Source: Podarcis erhardii
Lineage: Eukaryota
Assembly (NCBI GenBank): GCA_964252035.1
Contig: OZ176201.1
Direction: 5' to 3' (one strand)
Length of the DNA stretch: 64,000 bases
Shown in pieces: positions 43,232 through 55,200 of this stretch. The notes beneath the pieces were generated by a model. The model had not been told where the DNA came from. It ran no database searches and saw only the letters and a list, made by a program, of their open reading frames with translations. Every line of letters starts with the position of its first letter. Position 1 is the first letter of the stretch. A program made the position numbers and the translations under genes.

Positions 43232-46200
43232 CTGAAGGAAAGAGAGGGGGGAACCATAATTAAACCAACAACAGGAATAATTCATTACTTTTTCCTACCC
43301 AATTCATTATTCTACACCTATTAACAAAACCTGTAAGTTTAGGAGTTGGGTAGGAGGCATGAAGGAGGAAGTTTAATAAAGCTATACAGTGGTACCTAGG
43401 GTTACATACACTTCAGGTTACATACGCTTCAGGTTACAGACTCAACTAACCCAGAAATAGTACCTTGGGTTAAGAACTTTGCTTCAGGATGAGAACAGAA
43501 ATCATGCTCCGATGGTGCGGCGGCAGCAGGAGGCCCCATTAGCTAAAGTGGTGTTTCAGGTTAAGAACAGTTTCAGGTTAAGAACGGACCTCCGGAACGA
43601 ATTAAGTACTTAACCCAAGGTACCACTGTAGTATCAATGATATATAGCTCAGAAATATCACTGAGCATATACAGTGGTATCTCTGTCCTGACCTTATGGG
43701 ATAAATGTAAGTGCCCAATTCAGTGCTCAAGGCTATTCCAGTGTAACTTGGTAACACTATCAAAATTCATTTGGGCTGTTTAGATTGTTTTCAACCTGAG
43801 GAAGCAGTATGGATTTTAAAATGAATTCTTTCTACATTAAAGCCGGATCAATCTTATTTACAAGGGTACACTACTTGAAACCTTTTAGAAGGGTGCTTGC
43901 AAAGCAACTAAGATAAGAAAAGGTAAAGTGAATGCGGAAGTACAGAGAAACAAAGAGAAGTGACGAAAACGAGTGACAGGGGAGTATTATGAATTAACAA
44001 ATCCATGTTAAGTCTCAAAGTGAAAGCTAATTAGGGAAACCTGCATAAGTGAATGCAACTGTACAAGAAGAATCTGAATTAGTATAGCAAGCACACTCTT
44101 AAAGACAAGAAGGCTCATTTGTTTTGGATGATAACTAAGAACCAGACAGGAATGAAATAAAAAGTCAGTATCTGCATATGTAGGATTTTACCTGCCTTGA
44201 GGTCTGGATCACTATACTTTTCCATTTAGTCTCTTCCTGCATTTTGGGTATAGCCTGGGTTGAGTTAGGCAGGGCATTTTCACTATCTGACCTCCATGGA
44301 CCAGCTGAGCTGGCATCATCATCATCATTGCCCAGGCCTCTACAAATCTACCTATACGCATGGCCTGGGACTTTCAGTGTTCCCATCATGTGAATTTGCA
44401 CCTCAAATTAAACATCAACAACAACAAACATCCTGTCAGTTATTCGTATTTCTGGTTCTTCATTGAAAAAAGATACCTTTGTGTACTAGGTGGGCAATTC
44501 TAAGCCAATATATTCATGAAAATTAGCCAAACATAAAAGATGTGACCATTCGGTATTTTATGGCCTTATTCTAATGGGAATGTGAACCTAAAGTGCCATT
44601 TAGAAGGGTGAGGGCCTTTTGTAATGCCACAACAGAGGAATCACCTCCCAGAAAAGGCTCACCTCTCACCTATTTTAATATCTTTCCATAGTAAAAAAAT
44701 CCTCTCTTATTCTCTTAAGAATCAGCTATATTAATTCATTTATATCTACATTTAATGGAAACTTGGAACATGGTTTTAGTGAGGATGTGTAGTGGCTCTC
44801 CATTACCGTTTTATTACTTGACTTTTAGCCTCTGCTCCAGCTGTTTTGTGTTACAGGGATTCTGTGCTGTCATTTGACTGGTGTTTTATTTGGACTGGTG
44901 TTTTAAATTGTTTTATTCATTCATCACTTAAAGAACTCTAGTTATAATAAATGTAACAGTCAGATGAGCTATGCATTTTGGATCTACATATAGCTTATGG
45001 AACATTGTAGCACTATTCTTTAATACTCCTCCACTGAAGGGAAGCGGAGTTTAATAATAATATTATCAACTGTTAACCAGGTCAGACATACACAAAGCAG
45101 AGAGCTGACTAAAGGTCAGAAACAGCATTTGTGAAGGTTTAAGACAACACAAAGCACATTCTCAAGATCACTGAAAGTGCGGCATGATTTTAATTACAAA
45201 GTAAAATTGCTGACAGTTGACCTCTGTTCAAAGGGGCTCTTCTCCCCTCCATTCACAGTCAGCAAGTCTCTTTGTTTCACTTGCGGTTCTGACAGGGGAA
45301 AAGAAACAGCAGGTTGTGCAGAAAAAAAACTACAAAGAAACAAAACAGAAGCCACAAAGCTGATTATGTGACCCGAGTACAGGCCCATTTTATTCCTAAC
45401 AATTCTATTACCAAAACACTAATTTCTGTGTCCTGTTATTGTTAGATCTGTACTCTGTATGCAAGACTTACTGATATCAATATAGAAAGAACTAGAGAGC
45501 CCTGATGTAGCACAAAGGTTTGTGACCCTGGTGATGACAAAAAGGTCAAAACAATCCTCTTAATGTAAGCCTGTCCTAGGTGCAAGATCTCTCTTTGTGA
45601 TTCACTGGATTTATTGGCACATTTGCAAAGCAGCCTTGCAGCTGAAGCCAATACATAACTAAAAAAACAATTTTTCAAGTCAGCCAGTGTGCTTTTGCTG
45701 ACTAAATACGAGCGTCAATGAATTCTCAAATATTTCATAACAGAATAAACTGAGAATGGCCAAGCCACTTGGAACTTCTAATGAACAAACTCCTGTGGTA
45801 AAGCAGGTTGATTTGTGATCTCCAACTACACCTTTGTAACCTATTTTGCTAAAGGTTTTCATGTATAAAGTCAAACATCTTCCATCTTTATTTTTCCCAT
45901 CCTTCTGAACTTACAGATTAGATTCACTCAAAAGAAGTGAACTAAGGGAAGGTCAAGCAGTTCTTTAAAATGCAGACAGCATGTATTTCTTCCTCTGATT
46001 GTGAACAATTTGGACAGTTCAAAAATCAGAACCCTCTACGTGCCCAACACATTTCAGGTGCCATGGCCACAGCAGACTTTAAAAACAAAATTTGCCACTT
46101 GGGAGGTCCTGATTATCCACTTTCCCCCTTCAGCTGTTATCATTTGGCTTAGAAATATGAACTCCAAATATTTCTGAATCAGTCCTGAAGTGCATACCTC

Positions 46201-49200
46201 TTGCCTCAAAATCCTTAGGTAGAGAGATACAGCCATACCTCCTTTTGCGTCTGGGATCTGTTCAACGAAAGACCCTCGACAAAGTGCCGCTCTGCGCATG
46301 TGCAGAAGTGTGATTTAGTGCTTCTGCACGTGTGTGAGCAGCAAACCCGGAAGCAACCCGTTCCGGTACTTCTGGGTTTGCCATGGATATTCGACAAAAT
46401 GGACCCTAAACGGGGAGGACTCAGAACGAGTGTACTGGGAGAGTTGTCCTTGGTAGATGACACTTACGTTAGCATATTTAATAATAAATTGTGTTATTTA
46501 ACTGAATTAACAATTCTCATGTTTTTAAGGTTATCAATATCATTACTACTTAAAATACTGCTAACAGTTCTCTAGTTGCTGCTTTTATTGCTAAATGATC
46601 TAATACACCTATCAGTGTTATTCCTCCTAACCTTCTTTATGGTACCCACTTATAATCAGCACTTTATTCTGAATCAAGAGTCCAAATGAGTCACTGACTG
46701 TACCTTTATTAGATATATTAAGGTTTCTTGAAGCTGAGATCTAGTAAGAACTGTCGGAGGTAATGCTGGAACATCTACTGCTCCAAGAGTGAGAGGAGAA
46801 GAGGAACCAACTTTGTTTTCGATGTCGGAGGACTTCATAGCTGACTGTTGGAACACACTAGGTGACAAGAGGACTGAAGGTGCCATTGTGGTTGTAGCTG
46901 CAGCAAACTGTGGGGAAGCAACCTGCAAAAACAAGAAATCAAATGAGATGGGGATGATTTTTTCCCTCATTTTTAAAGAACTATCTAAATATATTAAAGA
47001 CTCTTCTGATATTACCTTTCTGGTACTGTTTGAAGTCCCAGTTAAAATAGCGGGAACCAGTGATGTAGCTCCTTGGCACACCGGCAAAAGAAGCGGCTGC
47101 TTCACTGGCTCTTATGTGACCTGGGCGCTTCCAACATTATACAAGCTGCAGGGACTTGCATGCAGAAATGAAGCGGCTTAAGTTGAAAGGGCCTCACAAA
47201 AGCTATGGATGCTAACAGTAACCAGTGTGACCAACCTGGATCACAACGCCGTTCAGGAAATAATTAATAAACCCAAATTTTTATTCTGGCATACTGATGT
47301 GGTAGCTCAAAGAGAACTCTGTAGCAATTTACAATAATATGGATAGCAGTACAATTGTTGATGCCTTCTTGGACTCTTTGTACCAGCATATAAACTCGAT
47401 CTTACAAAGAAATGAGAGATTACTAAAATGTGCTCTGGAAAAATTGGGCACTTTTATAGAGAGCAGCCAATTGCATTATTGTTTTATGAGCTACAAGGGA
47501 AAGGATTGTTGGCTAGGCATATTTCAGTTCTTGCAAGACCAGGAGGTCTCCAGAAGGAGTATACTAGTAAAGGAGAACTAGGTCATCCTAATTAATGGAT
47601 AGGGATCAGGATTCAAGACACATTGGGTTGTCAGCCTGGATGGAACCAGGTTTTGTTGAGAATTGGCCTTTGCACAAATCCAGACAGGGAAAGACACTCT
47701 GGTGATGCAAGGATTTAAATACATACTTGGCTTGCCTTTGACAAAGCTTTGGGGTGTGAAAATGTTTCAAGCTCCTTGCTTTGCTGTGCAACCTACAATT
47801 TTAAAGAAAGAAATACGTAGTATCTGAACAATCCAGCATTCTTCTTACATTTCCCCTTTTAAAAAATGCATACACATGCTATTGCTTCATTTGTTAAATA
47901 AGATACCTAAGGTAACCTATTATAAGAGTTCGCAACCAAAATTGTCAGTTACATACTGTACTACTCCTCACTGCAAGGTTGCTTGGAAAGGTGAGACTTG
48001 GTCTTCCAGATTCAAGCACAGTTCTCTGACCATCTAGTCTCTACTGACATAATCAACAAATACTGTTTCGGCCGGATACAGAATTTCATCTGTATTGGAC
48101 CAAAGTGTTCTGATCAATACATCACTTTTAAAGAAAAACACTGAAAACCCAACATTGTTAAAAAATAACTAACTGCCTAGCCAGAACAACGTTATAAAGC
48201 ACACCTTACAAGACTAGTATCCAATACAAACGTCCAATTCACCCATTGGCAAGAAAGAAATTGTGTTGGCACTTTCATCAAATAACATTGGGTAATAACA
48301 TGAGAACCGCTGCTAACAGCACTAACCTACCAATGCTTTTACAATCAACCTTATTGCTAAAGAAATCTACATATATTAATTTACTAGGAGCAGCAACCCC
48401 TGCTCATTTTGCTCGCCCAAGCCATGCACCTCTGTTTCCCCCCCCCCTCACAGCTCGCCTAGGCAGCTCCCCAGCAATTGTCCTGCTCTGCTGCCACTTC
48501 CCTCCATGGCCTTCCATGCTGATGAGGCTGGAATAGCAAAAGCCATGAGAGGCGTGCAGTGGCAGCAGAGCAGGACAGCTGATGGGAAGCTGGTCTTCTG
48601 CAGCTCACCTGGGCTGCACTCCAACTGCTTGCTCCACCCACTTGCCTCCATACTTGGGCCTGCTTCTCTATTGTGAACAGCAATGTGATAACACTCTAAC
48701 CATTTTATTATACACTAGGAGAACTGACCTGAACAGGTGGAATTGCTTTACCAGTCAGGGCTTGTTTGGTGTGGGATTCTTTGAAACGATCTGGGGTCGC
48801 CAGCTGGCTAGCGGCAGAAGAAGAGTTAGACGCTACTGGCGCTTTATTTGCCGACTGCTGCATAACATCATGTTGTGGGGTCAACCTGAGTTTTTGAAGG
48901 AGATCCGTATTTGCAAGCGGCATGTTCGAAGCGCTTTCTGTACTGGTTGCAGCCAAAGATGTTAAGAATTGGTTCTGACTGGGAGTGATGTTCTGCGGAC
49001 CGTGGTTCATATCAGACGGCTGCTGATTCACAAGCGGAGACATTTGCTTGGCAGCCTGCTGCATAACTTGCAGCATGTTATTGTTTGTGCTGCCGCTCTG
49101 AAGCATTTGCACACAGGGAGCTTCTGTGGCCAGAGTGGAATTAAGGTTAGGGCTTAGCTGTACGGCATAGTTTGAAGCTTTATTCACTTCAGGTTGTGGG

Positions 49201-52200
49201 GCAGAAGGTGAGGCAATCAGTAAGGGCGGCATACACTCCTGTGGCAATAAGGTACAAGAATTACTTTTGAAGCTTGAGCCATCCAGTTTCCCCAGAGGCT
49301 GATGGATCACTGTCGACTGCTCAAATGAAAAAGGAAGGAGCAAATTGTGCTCTCTGCATGAGGAGTCAGGCTTCTTGGTTCTCTCTGGATTAGAGTAGGA
49401 AACTGTACTGTGTTCCTTTGGAAATGACGTTCCAAATAACTCTTCCACTGTTAGGTGTTTTGGTATGGATGAGCACGGCTAGAAATAGAGAAAAAAAGAA
49501 CAACCAGAAGCTCAGCTTAAAAGTCTCCAGTAAATCAGAGGTAGTGTGTAGAATTTAAAAGAGAACAGCTTGCTAAAAGTTGTGAAGCCATGCAAAAAAC
49601 ACATTACGGGCCATAGGTTTTATCAACAATATTTTTATACTTATGTGGCACAATATGCTTGTATATCACGATGAAACAATATACGCTAACAACCAATTCT
49701 TGGAATCCCAATTGTAAGAGTTTGTTTTCCTACTGCTTTTCATTGTCTTTAAAATTGCAAAGCATTTTAATCTGCAAATACCTTTAAGGAGAGAATATTT
49801 ATCAGGAGACTTAAAAAAATGATGGGAGCCGTAAGCAGACTTGCCCCAAGAAGCTATTTATTTTCATACTCCTTCACCCATTCTGCACAGATATTGCCAT
49901 CCTATCTCATGGCAGTCCAAATGATACTTCAAAGAATTATCAGTTTCGCCTCACAAATAAGAACTATCAGTACTTATTTGTGAGGCGAAACTGATAATTC
50001 TGGTAGTTCTTATTTGTAAAGATTGCAAACTATAATAGATAAGTGCAAAAAAGGAGTTTAAAGTAGAAATAAGCTCTGCACATGGGCATAGGAAGGAATG
50101 AGCTGCTAGAAGGCCAACAAAAGAGTATTGGGTTACTTTGCATGGCATGGTGTGTTACTGTACATAAGGCAGGGCTCCAGCATGGAGGAGAAATGGGGTT
50201 GTGTGTTATTACTGCAAGGATGTATTTGCTCCCTTTGCACAGAAGCAAATATTGCTTTCTATGGAAGCCGCCCAGAGTGGCTGGGGAGGCCCAGCCAGAT
50301 GGGCGGGGTATAAATAATAAATTATTATTATTATATTATTATTATGGTGAGAAAATTAGCTCCCTGCCACTTTCAGAACTGCAAAACTCATTTATATCAT
50401 AATTTTTTTGGAAGCCGTTTCATAATACAATATAATAAAAGACAAACGAATCTAAATGAAAAGAAAAAGAAATAGCAACGTCCTCTCTCAAATAGATCTT
50501 AGCCCTTGTCTCACAGAGAATGGGGTTGACCCTTCCAGTTAACTCCTGAGAGATTCCCTTTCTTCCCTTCTCTGCCTCTCACACAGGGTCCTTCACCAGC
50601 CACCCATTACCTTCCATGTTTGTATAATCCCAATAATGGCCCAGAATAGAAGACACCAAAAAGGAAGGAAGGGAGGGAGAGAAGAGAATAATAAACGGAA
50701 AAAAGGTGGTGGAGAAAGAGAAATAAAAAGGATGGGGAAAACTCCTGTGATCTAGAAGAGTAACATTTTAGAATCTTACAGCACTGGTTCACTTTAATCT
50801 TCAATTCCATACTAATAATTGGGACTATGCACCCCAAACCCCATTAAGAGCCAAAAAGGCAGATAAGACTACTACTGATCAACTGCATCAATTTAAAAAT
50901 TGAAACATCCAACATCCTCCTTGTAGATCTGTGAAAAACCCTCAGTGGCTTCAGTAAGACAAAATGGCCCTAAAACCCCATTTCTAGAAGACTCTCCAAG
51001 ATTAAATTGTGCACCACTCCTTTTCCTCCATTAGATGGCACTATTAGCAGGCACAAGAGGTACAAGACCTGCTCATCTCATTTCTTGCAACCAATTTTCT
51101 GTATTAGTATACAGTATCTTTCTTGGCTATCTGTCTCACTTCTTAGCCAAAGCTCCTGTTTAGTTGACTAATATGCCTTACGATGTCCGATGAGGGCCAA
51201 AAGCTGGCCTAGGTGGTCAGACTTCCCTACTGTTGCTGTCAAAGCAACCTACAGAAGGGGCAGAATCCAATGGGCGCTGCCCCATGTTTAGACATACAAC
51301 AGAGTCATGAATGCTGCACTCACGGTTCTCACATTCTTCTTTCTAAGCTTAAAGCACCATGGAAAAGAAAAGTTCTAGTCTAGCCTGTTTCTCTTGTGTT
51401 AGGAACTCTTGTTGTTTTTAAAGCAGCAGGGGAAGCTTGAGATCACGCCACCTGAGGCGGCCCCAACAAATATAATATGTGATTATTCAGCAGGTGTACT
51501 TCAACACAGAGGTCATCTATACCTTTAAAATGAAGACCCAGGGGTTGTTTCCAATGCTGTCCCTTCTGTACACAAAAGGCTCTTTGATCCAGCAGAAGAG
51601 GGAGGGGGTTGGGGGTTTCTGTTTGTTTTGTTTTTGGCAAGTGATTTTCCATGTTGTTCTGGAGGGTCTCCAGAGGGAAATCAGTGAAAATTATTTCCCA
51701 CCCCCTTCTGTTTATAGAAGCCTCTGCTGGATCCAAACAGCTGCCTATGAACAGCACTGAATGCAATCTACAGAACACCATGTTCTGGTTAGAAGGACCT
51801 ATAAACTCATAATGGTTGTTTCTTACTGGTGGCTCTGCACTGATGTTAAGCACTTCCACTTGCACAAAACATGGCCCCCAATTTTACTGATCCCTCCTAC
51901 CCAGGACAAGTCCCCTATGCCCCTCAAAAGAGGACCCTCTGAAACACTATGGGATATAGCACAGAGGGCATCAATTGTTGGGGGGAACTGGTGAAAATGG
52001 GGTGCCTTGGCTCTCAGTACTACCATTGGATACAACCAGTGCTTTTTTCCTTTAAAAATGTTAAGGAGTACTCTCATTTTGACTCAAGAAAAACACCATT
52101 TTATAGTTAAAATCAGGAAGAATAAATATAGTAAATGGATAAAAGGACAAAGATTCACAAAATGTTTAGCAGTATGCGCCCCCCTAGAAAAAAAGCACTG

Positions 52201-55200
52201 GATGCAACCCCATGATCCATTTATTATAAAGGTAACAAAACAGTACAGTAGTGTCACAGTGCTTTAAAATGAACATACATGGTCTTGCATTTGTAACATT
52301 GATGATCCATGCTCTGAAATCTCTGTATTTTCCGTCTTTGTGGGATTTGTACTTGGTTGTGTCCAACTAATGAGGTCACTCTTCTGATTCTAGAAAATAA
52401 AATGCATTATTGTTTTTAATTCCCACTCAGACGTGTTCATTTTCCGCACCCCTCTATAAACCTCCCAGGAAGATCTTTTCCCCGCCTGCTCTTCTTCTCT
52501 CTGAACTTTATGCTTTTCACAACATACTATCTATTCAATATTGTGGTTATCGCATTGCACAATCCTATGATAGTTCTGCCAGTGTCATGCTAAAGGCACA
52601 ACTTGATCAGAAGCTGATTAAACATCATGGCCAGCATCACCCAGCTTCAACCCAAACAGTTCTCCCAGCTGTTGTCAGCTAGACACGAATGCATGACTCA
52701 GGCCATTTGGGTCACCCAAATGAATGGAGAAGATACAGAATGTCTACGCAACAGAGTTTTTAAACATCTCTTACAGCTATACAACCGGGTGCACGTCCTC
52801 TAAAAGGGTAGATGTGCTTACACTTGTGAAAATACACACCAAGGTGCACACAGAACAATTATAAAATTAGCTAGAACAGTCATGAGTCCAGCATGTTTCC
52901 AGGCATTAGGCAAATGTACTAACAGCACTAAAATAAAGTGATGATTCAGCTTCATGGTTCAAGAGACCTGCCAGTTTAAATCTTTTGAGTGTGCCATTTA
53001 TGATGCAGTCAACAGAGCTGAAGTTGACAGTCTTTGCTGCTGTTGGAGAAAAAATTCAGTCGATATATTACCTTACGCAAAGTTTTCCCCCAAGTATAAG
53101 CTTCAAGCTTCATGAGCTGACCATCAACACAAGGAAGTTAAGCCGACTGTAGCAAGCTGCAAACATGGCCAGCAATGGAAACCCGCCACATCACTACAAC
53201 TTTGCATAAATATGTAAAGATTTACTTTATCTTACAGATTTAAAATTCATAAAATAGATTGACAATACCCCGTCTGCCGTGTCTCTGCCTCCCCCCCCCC
53301 CAATTTCCTGCACTTTTAGTGCGGCTAACATTTTGGTAAGGAATTTAAGCCCAATTTCATTGTTTATAAACGCGATCCCAAAGTATCGTTGCTTGTTTAA
53401 GGCCAGGTTACAAAAAGTGTTATAATCTTTCTGAAGAGGGAGGGGGAAAGTAAGCTATTTAAAAAAAAGAATCCACCCACTAACCAAACTAATTCATTTT
53501 CACATCGGACTGGATGCAGAGAGTACATGAAAGATTAAGCTGGTTTAGAATCCTATATTAAATCACTCAGGCAGTTACAAAGCTCTTTTCTCACTCCTGG
53601 CTACCCATTCTCATGCCGACTCTCTGCCCATCACATGTGGGCTGCACAGCAGGATTATTTTATGATCCATCTGGACTGTACTAGGCAGATTTTTCTATAA
53701 AATGCAAATTCATCTATAATTATTATAGACTCAAGATAATTGGCAAGGAATTAGTAAGAGGAATGACATAAAAACATACACATGCTTGAAAAAGCATGCA
53801 ATTAAAAGAATTAGGAGCAATAATGTGTAAGACACATGACACAGCAACAGAAAGAACCCACAACTAAACAACATAAAACACTAATTCAATTTATACCAGG
53901 AGTTTATTTCTAAAGCTTCCCTCTCATTTCTTTCATTAAACAGGTACTTTACAGATCTGCATATTTAGAAGCATCACCTCTGCAAACCAAATTGGATAGC
54001 TGTGGTTTAGGGCACATTTCAATAGTTGGAGGAGTTATGCAAAGTATGTGCAAGAATGTGGAGTCAAGAGTCCCTGTCTCCCACAGATGGAAGAGGCAGC
54101 ATTATAATGAATTCAACCTGCCCTGAGTGTACAGAATGGTGTATACATTTAATCAAGTGATTCAATTCAGGCTGTCCAAGCTATTCATATTAGACCCCAA
54201 GAGAAAAGATGGCATGCAGATTTAGACAGAAAGTTAGCTTACAATGACGTTTACAAGACAGACAAGTAGACATATTTTCCAGAATGGTTCACATGATTAA
54301 GATTGCCAAATTATTTCTGGGCTTCTCCTTTGTCTTTAACAGCATGGAAAGCAGAAAATAAGGAGGTGAAGGTTTTCTTTATTCCATTATGTAGATACAG
54401 TAATAATAATGTTAATGTCTCAATGTTGTTGAATTGTGTTGAGAAATCCCATGAACAGCGTTGTGGCCACAAAACATTCCACACATGAAGAGGGGGAGGG
54501 GGGAGTATTTTCAATGACCTCTCCTTCCTCCCGTCACTCCCTGAAAGGTGTACTCTAGCACTAGGGGACCCTTCAGAAAAGTGTGGCAGGTGGTGAATAA
54601 GGCTTCATGGGAAAATTGCCATAAGTCATCTTCTCATCCATGAATGGGAACTCCTGGTGGATCCAAGCCTCTTTCAAAAAATGGAAGGAGATACTCTGGA
54701 CCCAACTCATTGAAACTGCTCCTTTTCTTAATTTATTCTACTCCACCACCTTAAAAAAATCAAAATCAATGAGTACTTGCTAATTCTTTCGTCTCTTATT
54801 ACCTCTAGTCCTGCCTGATTCATTTAACATCTCTCCTTGAGTAGGGAGGGAACAAGATGGGTGGGGGCTGGAAGTAGATGAGACGTACACGGTGCACACG
54901 TTCTGAAGGACTGGACACCCCACCCCAGGCGAGTTGGAGGGATGGTGGGGAGACTGCCATAGTTAATAGAACCTAGGCAGTAATGGATGTGTGGTTGCAA
55001 TGCAATTAAGAAGGCACAGGGTGAGCTAGACAACTCTAAATTATATAGATAGATTACTACCGAAGGTGAAGGTTGGGAAGGCATTAAACTTAGAACGAAG
55101 AAATTTAAACTGATCAGATGTAAAATACTAAGGCAAAACCATATTTGCATGTTTAACTCACATAACTATGCCCCTTCTCCCAAATAAAACAGAAGCTTGA

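Noticed and set aside
48518-48550. CTGATGA hammerhead-like core
   Set aside because: The stem-II candidate is not followed by GAAA, so no complete ribozyme core; the Penelope fragments are truncated before their hammerhead.
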